DNA of 36,984 bases from Octopus sinensis (Eukaryota): positions 1 through 36,984 of the forward strand of contig NW_021835902.1 in assembly GCF_006345805.1 (NCBI RefSeq), written 5' to 3'. The position numbers were made by a program, and so were the translations under genes. A model generated the notes under the pieces. The model was given only the letters and a program-made list of their open reading frames with translations, ran no database searches and had not been told where the DNA came from. Positions 1-11,199 of this stretch are shown piece after piece. Numbering within the stretch: position 1 is the stretch's first letter; each line of letters begins with the position of its first letter.

Positions 1-201
1 CAATTTTTTTTTCCTCTCCCCCTTTTTTTTTTTTTTTTTAACCCCCCTTCTTTTGTCCTCTTTCCTCCTTTTACGATCCCTTTTGATCGAAACTCCCCCT
101 TCCTTTTTTTTTTTTTTTTTTTTTTTAAACCTTCAAAAGAAAAGCTCTACCTTGTAATTTGTTCTATCTGTGTGCAGCCCTGTGTGGCTAATAAAGAAAC
201 A

Positions 202-202
<1 letters not shown>
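1..202 (+). mobile_element. 3' end (3' UTR) of a Tx1/L1-clade non-LTR retrotransposon, copy 1, cut by the window edge
   Basis: Near-identical to 35525-35728, the 3' UTR of the RT-bearing copy. Ends GCCCTGTGTGGCTAATAAAGAAACAT, then (ATCT)n at 203-230. Confidence 0.9.
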
Positions 203-232
<30 letters not shown>

Positions 233-738
233 AGAGTCGATTCATCAACCGAGTCTATCGTGTATATTGTAGCGCCTCCATCCTTGAAACGATTTTTATT
301 GTACTTGTGGCTATGGCGAAAGAATGTGTATAGTGGACGTGCCTGAACGGTCTAGAGACAAACAACTTCCTCTCTGGTCAATCTCTCATCAATTTTGTCA
401 GGTATTAATTGAAGAGGCAAGTTGGGTGAATGTAGCAAGGATGGCGCGTGAGAAGGACGGAGCCAGATTGAGCATACTCCTATGAACCAAAAATAAAAGG
501 GAGGAAAAAGAGTCACTTACGGTAATGACATTATTGCTGAAGGTTACCTAATCTGTTTTCCCTTTTTACATTGACATTTCTGTGATATACGATCCCTATT
601 GATCGGCTCCGCTTTTTCTTTTCACGATCCCTTTTGATCGGAATTCGACCTTTTTTCCTTCTCTTCTTCTGAGAAAGAAAAGTTCTACTTTGTATTTCGT
701 CCCTCCTGTGTTCAGCCCTGCGTGGCCAATAAAGAAAT
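233..738 (+). mobile_element. 5'-truncated Tx1/L1-clade LINE fragment, copy 2 (end of ORF2 plus 3' UTR)
   Basis: Aligns by eye to 35024-35728 (e.g. CTTGTGGCTATGGCGAAAGAATGT). Starts directly after (ATCT)n and ends CCCTGCGTGGCCAATAAAGAAATA plus (AAT)n. Confidence 0.85.
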
Positions 739-764
739 AATAATAATAATGACAAAAACATCAA

Positions 765-900
765 AAAATACCTTGAGAGTGAGAACCCAGGTTCGAAATT
801 TCCCCAAGGCATCTGATGAAGGCTGGAGGGTAAATCAGCTGAAAAGTGTTAACAACAAACAAGATGAGGACAAATATCCGTCAAATGTAAATAATGTATA
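765..900 (+). mobile_element. Probable Penelope-like element terminal repeat fragment with a degenerate hammerhead-like core
   Basis: CTGATGA-A-GGCTG..CAGCT-GAAA at 813-844. Family assignment rests on the motif type and on recollection. Confidence 0.5.
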
Positions 901-1012
901 TATTAATTCTATTTTACTTTCACAGTTTATTTCTCTCTCTTTTTTTCATTCTCTGAGTAGCAGCTAATTACTGGCGCTACTATCTCTTCTCTTTCTCTTT
1001 CTCTCTCTCTCC

Positions 1013-1044
<32 letters not shown>

Positions 1045-1372
1045 GTCAATTTTTTTAATTCGTAGTTTGTTGTAAATAGTTTTTTGTTCTAGATTTATTA
1101 ACTAAAGTGCTTCTACCTACTTATCTTTGCGTAATTTTTGTTATAATATACACCTAAATTATAGAAGGGATGAATAGAGAATACAGTGTATCTGGCGCCT
1201 GAAGTTGTCTGTCACTCGTAATAGTATGAAATGGCAGCTTATATCATGTTTTCGCTAATTGTTTCACCTACCCATGACCAAAAGAAAGAAAAAAATGAGC
1301 CATTCACAAACCTCCTATTCGTGACACACCAGCGAGAGAAATAGAGAGAGAGAGAGAGAGAGGAGAGAGAGA

Positions 1373-1423
<51 letters not shown>

Positions 1424-2539
1424 TGAGTAATAGGCTGGTACTCAGTTACAGCTAAATAGACTGGGAAAATGCTAAATGAAACGCTTTGTTTAAGGACGCA
1501 ATACATTGCCCAGTTCAGGAAACCAAACTACGGCCTTACAATCAAGAGTCCAGCACCTTAATCATTCGGCCAATTGCTTTCATGTACAGAACCACGAACA
1601 AGCACTATGGATATATTACAAAAAACACAAAGAATGATGAACTTTCCTGTCAACAGAAAACCATAAATCTGAAAACTACAGAACGTACTTCTGACAATCG
1701 ATGTAACATAATAATTTCAATGTAAACATTCATGATTTTATCTTCCAACTCAATATGAAAGATCAAAATTAAAGTCACAATACATCTCCTCGGTTGCTTG
1801 TGTATTTAGATGAAGGATGCTGTGTATCGCTGATGATATATGATGTCATATTTCTCCGTCAAACATAAATTGGATTGATTTGAAAGGTTACTGAATGGAG
1901 ATTCTCACCAAGATTAAAGTGCGGTCAGTTGACTAGAACACATTATATTTCGTTTTTCAGCTGGCTTACGGAAGCGATGTAGTATTTACTTTGCAATGGT
2001 GCTTCAAAGAGCTCGCGTGTTGTTATAGTCGGTTCTTAAACGAGGGTTTTGTAAAACAAATGTAAGACCCAGTTGTAGTGCTTTTAGTTTTGTCTATTAC
2101 GTGATGCATTGATTTTCCAAGACAGTGAATTGGTTAGCCAATGAGCAGTTCCTCCCAGCATTTAGTCGGATCTCACTGTGTTCAACTTTACCTTCCCCTC
2201 CAATAAATAAAGTCCAGAGCGGTATGTTAGCAGAATGGTAAGAGCGTTCGATGAGATGTCACTCTGTATCTAATTCCACTGCTGAGATTTCTGACGCCAG
2301 CGCGGACAGTAGTGCTTGCTGTATGGGTTTTGTCTTTTCCTTGGACAACATAAGTGGTATGAAGTAGTAGACATGAGCAACTGTTTGCTTTATATAAAAC
2401 CCTCACTTTTCCAGGACTGCACATGAGAGATGATATTTCTTGGTGCTGATCCATTGCCTCGCAAGACGTAGGGCAGTCTCGAGCTGCCGAGGGAAGTTTC
2501 GGAATTATATTATTTGCTACTTGTATTATTTTTTTCTGT

Positions 2540-2860
2540 TTGTATTTTGTTGAGAGATTTTGTGGTTATGCAATGAAATAATGTTTCTTATAGAAAGGGT
2601 TGTAACTCGCGTAGATTATATATTGTACCTGTTAAGTAATTTAGAGTCCCTCGTTGCTTTTGTAGAAATATATTGTTGTTTAAAGAGCAGCATCAGTTCA
2701 TCACAATGGTTGCAAGGCTCCAGGTGAAACGGTGGATTAAACCACAAGATATTTCTTTTTATAGTGCGTTTTTGTTGTTTCAGTGGTTGAAATATATGCC
2801 GTTGAGCGTTTGAAGCATCTATAAACGCTTGCATGGCTATACTTATGTTAATTTCTATGA
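2540..2860 (-). pseudogene. Degenerate Penelope-like element ORF fragment (RT to GIY-YIG linker region)
   Basis: Minus-strand translation gives KRNILWFNPPF, then KLLNRYNI* and RNIISLHNHKI. These resemble the PLE motifs RNIIWFNPPF / KIFNRNT / IISxHNxKI. Stops are present. Confidence 0.55.
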
Positions 2861-2879
2861 TGCAGCGACTGTTACAACT

Positions 2880-3545
2880 CATGATGATGATGATGATGAG
2901 GAGGAGGAGGAGGAGGATGGTTTTATGATGCAGTTGATTTGGATAGAGTTATAATTATGATTATGCAGATTGTAATGGCATTGATGATGATGGTGAAGAT
3001 GATGAAGATGTAGACGATGAAGATGGTGGTGTGGCTGCTGTTGATGACGGGTATGATTATAACAATCACAATCATCGTTTGTGTCTGTCGAAGTCACCAC
3101 CACCACCACCACCACCACCACCACCACCACAACAACAACCATCATCACAGCCACCACCATCATCCATCATCATCATCATTATCATCATCGTCGTCATCGT
3201 CGTCATCGTCTTCATCGTCGACATCACCATCATCACCACCACCACCACCACCACCATAATCATCATCATCATCATCACCACTACTACTACCACCACCACC
3301 AATACCACCACCGTCATAATCCTCATCATCGTCATCATCATTATTACCACCACCACTACCACCACCATCATCATCATCATCATCACCATCTTCGCGTCGT
3401 CGTCATCATCATTACATCATCATCATCATCGTCACCATCATCATCAACATAATCATCATCGTCATCGTCGTCATCATCATTATCATCATTATTATAATCA
3501 TCATCATATGTCATCATTACTACCACCACAACAGAAGCAATAGTA
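2880..3545. repeat. Compound trinucleotide microsatellite (GAT/GGA, then CAC/CAT/CGT)
   Basis: Directly visible. Source of the poly-H/T/I/P ORFs. Confidence 0.95.
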
Positions 3546-3675
3546 CCAATAGCTAATATCTCATTATTATCACGAATTTCATTATCTTGATTAAATCGAC
3601 AACGGTTATGAAATATAACAATTATTATTTTACGAAAATATATTATTTTTATAATTATTATTATTATTATTATTA

Positions 3676-4334
3676 TTTTTTTTCTTCTTTCAAATTTGCT
3701 TCCATTTCTTGCCGAGTGTCTTCCCGACTCCTAGGGCAAAGAAACTCATAGTATACATTGGTAGGCCATTAAACCAAACTCAATAGTTCGTTCATTTAAA
3801 AAAATTTATTATTTTTTTTAAGTTAAATTAAAATACATGAGCAGCAACAGTTCTCACATCGACAATGCTCTTCTCAATACGTGTGATGTACCAGTTAAGA
3901 CAATCTTTTGCACTTCTTGCAGGGATGGTAAACCAGGGATCATTCTCATATAATTTTCGGTTCCTTCTTGATCATTCCTAGTGCTCCTACGATCACTGAT
4001 ATTGTAACCGCCTTGAGATGCCACATTTTCTCAATTTCAATGAGTAGGTCTTTATATTTTCTGAGCTTGTCAAACTCTTTCGCTGAGATATTATGATCAC
4101 AGGGGATGCTCATGTCGATCAATAAGCAAACTTTATTGTTTTGATCTTTCACAACAATATCTGGTTTATTGGCCTTGATGGTTCGGTCTGTATGTACTGG
4201 AAAGTCCCACAGAATGGTTACATTATCTCCTTCAGTTACAGCCTCAGGGTGGTGATTATACCACTTGTCGGCAGTTTTGATATTGTAATGCCGACTTATT
4301 AGCCAGTGTAGATATTGGCCAACTCTGTCATGTC

Positions 4335-4335
<1 letters not shown>
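3676..4335 (-). mobile_element. 5'-truncated R4/Dong-like (RLE-type) non-LTR retrotransposon 3' end
   Basis: Translation RHDRVGQYLHW...TDRTIKANKPDIVVKDQNNKVCLLIDMSIP...KEFDKLRKYKDL, a PD-(D/E)xK restriction-like endonuclease. After a frameshift it continues QKIVLTGTSHVLRRALSM* (stop at 3854-3856), then a 3' UTR and an A-rich/(TAA)n tail. Confidence 0.85.
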
Positions 4336-4413
<78 letters not shown>

Positions 4414-4434
4414 GATTATTATTATTATTATTAC

Positions 4435-4506
<72 letters not shown>

Positions 4507-4537
4507 TATTATTATTATTATTATTATTATGATTATG

Positions 4538-4570
<33 letters not shown>
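4336..4570. repeat. (TAT)n / (TAA)n microsatellite, about 235 bp
   Basis: Directly visible. Abuts the 5' junction of the R4/Dong-like fragment. Confidence 0.95.
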
Positions 4571-4578
4571 ATTTTTTC

Positions 4579-4692
4579 GGTGTTGTTGTAGCTGCTGTTG
4601 CCTTAGTCGTCATGAGCAGCATTGCCAGCATATTTATTGTTGATAAACACCTATGGTTGTGATGTTGCTGATGATGTTGACGATGTTGTTGT

Positions 4693-4724
<32 letters not shown>

Positions 4725-4790
4725 ATGATGATGTTGGTGGTGGTGGTGGTGATGATGAGGATGATGACGACGACGATGACGATGATATTC
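4579..4790 (+). repeat. Copy A of a locally duplicated segment of about 180-200 bp
   Basis: GGTGTTGTTGTAGCTGC...AGCATTGCCAGCATATTTATTGTTGATAAA..CCTATGGTTGTGATGTTGCTGATGAT recurs at 6355-6532. Confidence 0.9.
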
Positions 4791-4862
4791 AACGTAGAGA
4801 AAAACAACAATCGTAATGACAATAACAGTAATTATCAATGCGACATTGTTTTTTGCTATGGT

Positions 4863-4913
<51 letters not shown>

Positions 4914-5174
4914 AAGTAGTAGTAGTAAGAAGTGGTAGTAGTAGCAGCAGGTGCAGCAGCACAGAAAGTCACCCGAAAAGAAATGAACGTTATCTATATT
5001 TTTTCTTTTGGAATTTCATCTGATTATAATAAAATATATTAAATCATGCAAGTAGACAATTTCTTAAATGTGTGTGCGTATGTGTATGTATGTATGTGTT
5101 CGTATGCATTTATGCATGATAGTGTAAGCGAAGCTACATATATATATATCATATATAAAATCCGTTCTGTCTGT

Positions 5175-5492
5175 CCTAGTACTTATTCTATCGGTCTCTT
5201 TTTGCCCAATCGCTAAGTTACAGGGATGTAAACATACCAGCATCGGTTGTCAGACGATTTTGGAGACAATCACAGACACACACACATATATATACACGCA
5301 CACATACACACATACATAAATATATATGACGGGCTTCTTTCAGTTTCCGTCTACCAAATCCACTCACAAGGCTTTGGTCGGCCCGAGGCTATAGTAGGAG
5401 ACACTTGCCCAAAGTGATACGCACTGGAACTGAACCCGGAATCATGTGGTTGGTAAGCAAGCTTCTTACCACACAGCCACTCCTGCGCCTAT
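5175..5492 (-). mobile_element. tRNA-headed SINE, family A, 3'-truncated
   Basis: Minus-strand head ATAGGCGCAGGAGTGGCTGTGTGGTAAG...GGTTCAGTTCCA with A/B-box-like motifs and an internal (TA/TG)n. Homologous to 17749-18183. Confidence 0.9.
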
Positions 5493-6354
5493 AATTCTAA
5501 ATTTAATAAAACTTTATTACCATTACTAAAAATAACAATAATGATAAACTGGTCAGCAGGTTCAACCTATAACAGTAAAATAATACAAATAAAGTTGGTA
5601 ACCAGAATACCACTTGCTAGAAAAAGGAGTAAGGTAAGGCCTATTTTTAATATATCATATATAAAATCCGTTCTGTCTGTTTATGACTTGAGATGTTTGT
5701 CTTGCCTTAATGTTTGTTGTCCTCTTTAATAATTATATATCCGCTATATCGGAAATCTACAATGGTTCCATAACTCCCGTCTCATCTATAGCCTTGGAAC
5801 CCTGGCAATCCGTTACAGCACTTAAGCAGCGTACATGGTCGTTTAGATCACCTGTGGACATAACCCCCCTATTTTGTGTGTATATGTATATATATATATA
5901 ATTTAAAGTGTAACGTGATGACTATTTCAGAAATAGATGTTGTAGCGTTAAGTCTGGCTGACGAGCTTAAGCATGCTTTTCATACAGAAAGCGAAATCAA
6001 TTGATCCTGGAATATATGCATTCCTTACTTCTGTTGTTCATACAAAGCAAGACTATTTCTGTTATGTTTGTTGCATTTGCCATGTGTATTTTAATAGTGA
6101 GTAATTTGAGGTTTTAGAGCGATAGGTCTGTTTATAGCAAGTGCTATTTTAATACCCTACTGAATGTATATACGTATGTTGGGTAGAGGAATAATTCATG
6201 AGCGTCTTTTTTCAAATTATTTTAAACAAACAAACAAACAAACAAATAAAAAAACTCTACAACAGATTAATCAATAATATACTCTCCGTTGTTGTTTACG
6301 ACTTCCTTCCATCGTTCATTAAGTTTTTCGATGCTTCGGCGATAGAAATCTGTA

Positions 6355-6477
6355 GGTGTTGTTGTAGCTGCAGTTGCCTTTGTCGTCATTAGTAGCATTG
6401 CCAGCATATTTATTGTTGATAAATACCTATGGTTGTGATGTTGCTGATGATATTGACGATGTTGTTGTCGATGATGA

Positions 6478-6516
<39 letters not shown>

Positions 6517-6532
6517 TGATGACGACGACGAC
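6355..6532 (+). repeat. Copy B of the locally duplicated segment
   Basis: Roughly 90% match by eye to 4579-4790. Confidence 0.9.
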
Positions 6533-6760
6533 AAAGTATTCGTCCAACCAAACCCTCAATTCCACGTCGTTCGAAAGCGGTCGAAAGAGATAAAAATCTC
6601 ACGGCGCCAAGTCTGGAGAGTATAAAGGATAAGGCAGAACTTCCCATGGTCATATTGGCGATATGAGGATGGCCGTTGTCGTGTTGCAGAAGAACGCCAT
6701 TTCGCCTATTCGGTCTTTTCTGTTGAGTTGCTTCGTTGAGTCGGTGCAGTTGCTGAAATT
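6532..6760 (-). pseudogene. Mariner (DD34D) transposase C-terminal fragment
   Basis: Minus-strand QQLHRLNEATQQKRPNRRNGVLLQHDNGHPHIANMT, then WEVLPYPLYSPDLAP*DFYLFRPL and DVELRVWLDEYF. These are the HDNA and YSPDLAPxD motifs. Confidence 0.85.
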
Positions 6761-7419
6761 AGAACTACGCAGTGAGTGTTTGGTTGCGCTAAAGCAGTTC
6801 CCTTTTATTAACGGCTGTAACCAGAGGGCGCCACATGTAATTGCTCTAAAGAAAGAAACTAATTCCGTACCTTTCGCCGTTATTTCGAAATCAGTGAAGT
6901 TGTCGATAATGGTCGGCTGAAACATTGAATTGTGACATATTCAGGACAGATACAAGGAGGTAAAAATTACAAAGGTTCGATGCTTTGGGCATTTTACTTC
7001 GTGTGCGACCCAAGTGGGTCTGGTGAATACAGCAGGGAACGGCGGAGAGAATGAAACTGCAGTGAGAAGATAGAACTAGAGGAGAGGCAGCCGTAGACTA
7101 GCTAACATAGACGAATTCCTGAAACGAAAGAGAACAAATGGTGTATTTTACAGATATCAAGGGTTAGAAAAAATACGCTTATAATAATTAATAGCTTCTT
7201 GGAAAAGGTTTCTGAAGAGCTATGAATGAGCGAAAGCAGGATTAGTTTGCAAAAGTGTTATATCTACAAAATATTAACACACACATATATATATATCTGT
7301 GTGTATATAATATATATGCTTATATGTAGTATATAGGTACATGTGTATATATAAATATATATGTGTGTATATACGTTTAAATATTTGTTTGTGCAGATTT
7401 TTTATGTGAAGTCGTGTGT

Positions 7420-7650
7420 TGAAACAGATATTGTTATATTTCGGAATGGTCATATTGCCAGTTTAGCCAATAAAAACACACACGCACTATATATTTGGTG
7501 TTATTTTGCTTCAGTGATATTTATTTTTTACATTAATCTTAATCTTATTTCGGCCAAAGTTCTTTCGTCACACTCCTGTGACCGCATCAGTGGTCCTTTG
7601 TTTTCTTCTCACTTACTTGTGTCTCTCCTTACTAACCGTCAGCCATTTTA
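7420..7650 (-). mobile_element. Probable Penelope-like terminal repeat with a hammerhead-like fold at 7552-7596
   Basis: Minus-strand GGACCA CTGATGC G GTCACA GGAG TGTGAC GAAA GAACTT TGGCC. Element boundaries are approximate. Confidence 0.5.
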
Positions 7651-8348
7651 TATATAAAATGTGTGTATATATATATATATATATATACATACACACTACC
7701 CCATATAAGTACGCACGTGTGTGTGTCTGTGTATGGTTGTGTGTGTATGTGAGTGTGAGGGAGAGAGAGAGAAAGACAGGTACACAGAGACAGAAATAAA
7801 GTGTGTGTGTGCTTTCGATAAGACAAGCCGGACAATCACGACTTGAACTCCTAAAAATAAATGTTTTCTTGTTTAGAACTGATGTAATTCTAGAAGAGAG
7901 TCTTTAGCGGTCTCTGTATATTGGGAACACTGCCGCAGTTCTATTTCTCTCTGCATCTATGCCTCCATCTTGCCCCCGAGGCAAGTAGTAAAAAAGAGAT
8001 TGCTTTGAATAGAAATATTTCTGGCTATTTGTGTCATCGATTTTTGATAGTACAAAATGGATCAACTCAGTATGAGAAGATCAGTAAGGTTTATAAAATT
8101 GTATTGGGGCACCACAAAGTATGATTTTTCAGACATTTCGGTAAGTGACAGCTACATTTCCGTCTACCAAGCGAGCCAATATGCTCTTGAAAATCGGTTG
8201 CAAGAAGAAATTGGGTCATTTAACACCAGTTATATATTTTCAGTACATCTAAATACGCTTTAAATCGACTAATATAATCAAGTGTATGCTATCGCATGCT
8301 TAAATGGCATACATACATATATTTATGTCTATAATACATACATACTAA

Positions 8349-8391
<43 letters not shown>

Positions 8392-8669
8392 TATACACAC
8401 GTGTATATAATTTAAATAATTACAAAATGCAGAAAACTTTTGATCAACAGACAATCTGTAGATCATCCTTTAACACAAAAAGTGACATAACATTACCATG
8501 ACATAATATTTCTTACGGCTGTTTCCTCTTCCAATGCCAGTCGGTGCTCATGAAAGAATTTAGAAAATAATATTTGGCATCTTCATAGGACATTCGATCT
8601 AGTACATGGAGTTTCATCAGAGTGAATAGAAATGCGTAAAATAAAAGAAACGAAGAGAAGAGGAAGTAC

Positions 8670-8713
<44 letters not shown>

Positions 8714-8959
8714 ATACATCAAAGAAAAAAGAGAAAACGGAGATTGGGATGTTAACAATTGTTTAGTATTAAAAGCAAATTAAGCATCGTCCCTTACAGC
8801 TGTTTCAAATAATGCTCAGTAAGTATTAAGTAAATATTAAATTTATATATAACCTGAACATAAAATCTGAGAGGGAAAAAGATATACCTCTGGATGTTTT
8901 ATATGCGTTTATGGATTAATTATGGCAGGCAGAATGATACTGTTTATAAAGATTATGAA

Positions 8960-9006
<47 letters not shown>

Positions 9007-9011
9007 TACAT

Positions 9012-9168
9012 ACGCAGGAATAGCTGTTTGGTAGCTTGCTTACCAACCACATGGTTCCAGGTTCAGTCCCACTGCGTGGCACCTTGGGCAGGTGTCTTCT
9101 ACTATAGCCTCGGGCCGACCAAAGCCTTGTGAGTGCATTTGCTAGACGGAAACTGATAGAAGCCCGTC

Positions 9169-9205
<37 letters not shown>

Positions 9206-9433
9206 TGTATGTGTGTGTATATGTTTGTGTGTCTGTGTCACCCCAGCATCGCTTGACAACCGATGTTGGTGTGTTTACGTCACCGTAACTTAGCGCTTCC
9301 GCAAAAGAGAGCTATTGAATAAGTACTAGGCTTACAAAGATTAAGTCCCGAGGTCGATTCGCTCGGCAAAAAGGCGGTGCTCCAGCATGGCCGCGATCAT
9401 ATGACTGAAAGAAGCAAAAGAGTAAAAAAGAGA
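9012..9433 (+). mobile_element. tRNA-headed SINE, family A, near full length
   Basis: Head ...CCACATGGTTCCAGGTTCAGTCCCACTGCG, internal (TA)n, tail GGCGGTGCTCCAGCATGGCCGC...AAAAGAG. Confidence 0.9.
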
Positions 9434-9452
9434 GTACACACATACATGCACA

Positions 9453-9498
<46 letters not shown>

Positions 9499-9549
9499 TA
9501 CATATATACATACATCATGAAGTAGATTATGATTGGGAGATAACACGTT

Positions 9550-9690
9550 CCTCAACGTTAACCGCCCTCAGCTTCCACCACGGCCTCTAGACGACACCGG
9601 AACCTGGATCGTGCGTTTGTCCCTGTGCGAATGAAGTCAGAACGCCTACTGTGTACCTTCCTGCTGGCCACCGCTTCGTAGTCTCCGTAT
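9550..9690 (-). pseudogene. Tc1/mariner-superfamily transposase C-terminal fragment
   Basis: Minus-strand ...SRFRCRLEAVVEAEGG resembles the RFRxRLEAVxxxxGG terminus of Tc1/maT-like transposases. The match is short. Confidence 0.55.
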
Positions 9691-9704
9691 GTATGCATGC
9701 ATGC

Positions 9705-9737
<33 letters not shown>

Positions 9738-9839
9738 TGTATGTATGTATGTATGTATGTATGTATGTATGTTAAATTCAACTTTCATTGTTTGCTTTAG
9801 AAGCGTTGAGATCTATTGAAAGATAGAGATAATTCATTT

Positions 9840-10134
9840 ATTCTTTAATTTGTTTCAGTAATTTGACTGTGACCATACTGGAGCACCACCTTTAGTCGAG
9901 CAAATCGACCCCTGGCCTTATCCTTTGTAAGCTTTTATACTTATTCTAGCGGTCTCTCTCTCTTACCGAATTGCTAAGTTACGGGAACTTAAACACACCA
10001 GCATCGGTTGTGAAGTGATGTTGGGGTGACAAACACAAATATATATATATACATACATGCATGCATACATACATACATACATACATACATACATACATAC
10101 ATACATACATACATACATACATCATACATATGTA

Positions 10135-10186
<52 letters not shown>

Positions 10187-10325
10187 AATACGATGGGCTT
10201 CTTTCAGTTTCCGTCTACCAAATCCTCTCACAAGGCTCTGGTCGGCCCGAGGCTATAGTAGAAGACACTTGCCCAAGGTGCCACGCTGTGGGACTGAACT
10301 CGGCACCATGTGGTTGGTAAGCAAG
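9840..10325 (-). mobile_element. tRNA-headed SINE, family A, head slightly truncated, expanded internal (TACA)n(TA)n
   Basis: Reverse complement of the same body and tail as 9012-9433. Confidence 0.9.
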
Positions 10326-10484
10326 GGATGTGAGTTCGAGTCTTATGGCTGGCCACTAGTAAAATTAATACTAGCAGTTGACATTACATGGGAGTGAGTG
10401 GTTTGCCAGTAATGTTCTCAGATTTTCATAGTTATAAAAACATCAATTCACTCCACGCACACACACCGATAGAATAGATATAAA

Positions 10485-10565
10485 GGCTTACAAAGGATAA
10501 GTCCAGGGGTTGATTTGATCGACTAAAGGTGATGCTCCAGTATGGCCGAAGTCAAATTACTGAAC
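10485..10565 (+). mobile_element. SINE family A 3' tail fragment
   Basis: GGCTTACAAAGGATAAGTCCAGGGGTTGATTTGATCGACTAAAGGTGATGCTCCAG matches the family tail. Confidence 0.75.
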
Positions 10566-10691
10566 ACCCCACACACACACACACATATACGCAGAAATTC
10601 CCACATTATACATATATGTATACAAATATTCTTCGTGTATACGTGTGTTTGTGTGTGTATATATTTATGAATGTATGTATGCATGTTTGTT

Positions 10692-10761
<70 letters not shown>

Positions 10762-10850
10762 TATGTATTGTATATGTATATATATATATTTCTTTGAATA
10801 ATATACATCCCTCTATACACAATCATACAAACCCCTTTATATATATATAT

Positions 10851-10892
<42 letters not shown>

Positions 10893-11199
10893 TATATATA
10901 TTATATATATATACACACACATATATACATATATTTATATAGTTGTATATATGAAGGATATTAAGCTTCTGTTCCTTGCGGTGAAAGTTTTACTTTTGTC
11001 AGGTGTTCAGCTAATCTGTGAAAGTTGGTTCCATCTTATCTCACGAACTACGTCGCCGTTGTGATTAAAGGATGTCTGCGAGGCATTGTCTGAAGAATAT
11101 AAGAAAATTAGTTTTAAAACTTAACAAATTGCTACTTCGGAGATAAAATGAATAAATGACCCGAATGATTACTCACATACATAATCATATCCATCTATC

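Noticed and set aside
2879-4865. Long poly-H/T/I/Y/V/D ORFs
   Set aside because: These are translations of trinucleotide microsatellites, open in several frames and on both strands.
5760-5870. Minus-strand GDLNDHV motif similar to a LINE endonuclease
   Set aside because: A single short motif followed by a stop, with too little support.
6871-6916. Possible minus-strand exon PTIIDNFTDFEITAK with AG/GT ends
   Set aside because: Only a vague likeness to the Rho-family PTVFDNY motif, adjacent to a mariner fossil, with no partner exons.
7212-7235. CTGAAGA-GCT..AGC-GAAA hammerhead-like core
   Set aside because: The core and helix II are present, but I could not form helix I and helix III in type I or type III topology.
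8051-8140. 90-nt open frame ending at gtaagt, or an 8-nt microexon at 8133-8140
   Set aside because: Weak acceptor, unrecognised peptide, and expected by chance in 37 kb.
8909-10397. ORFs containing [27 protein letters not shown] and (YI)n / (HTYI)n
   Set aside because: These are read-through of SINE family A and its internal microsatellites, repeated at every copy.
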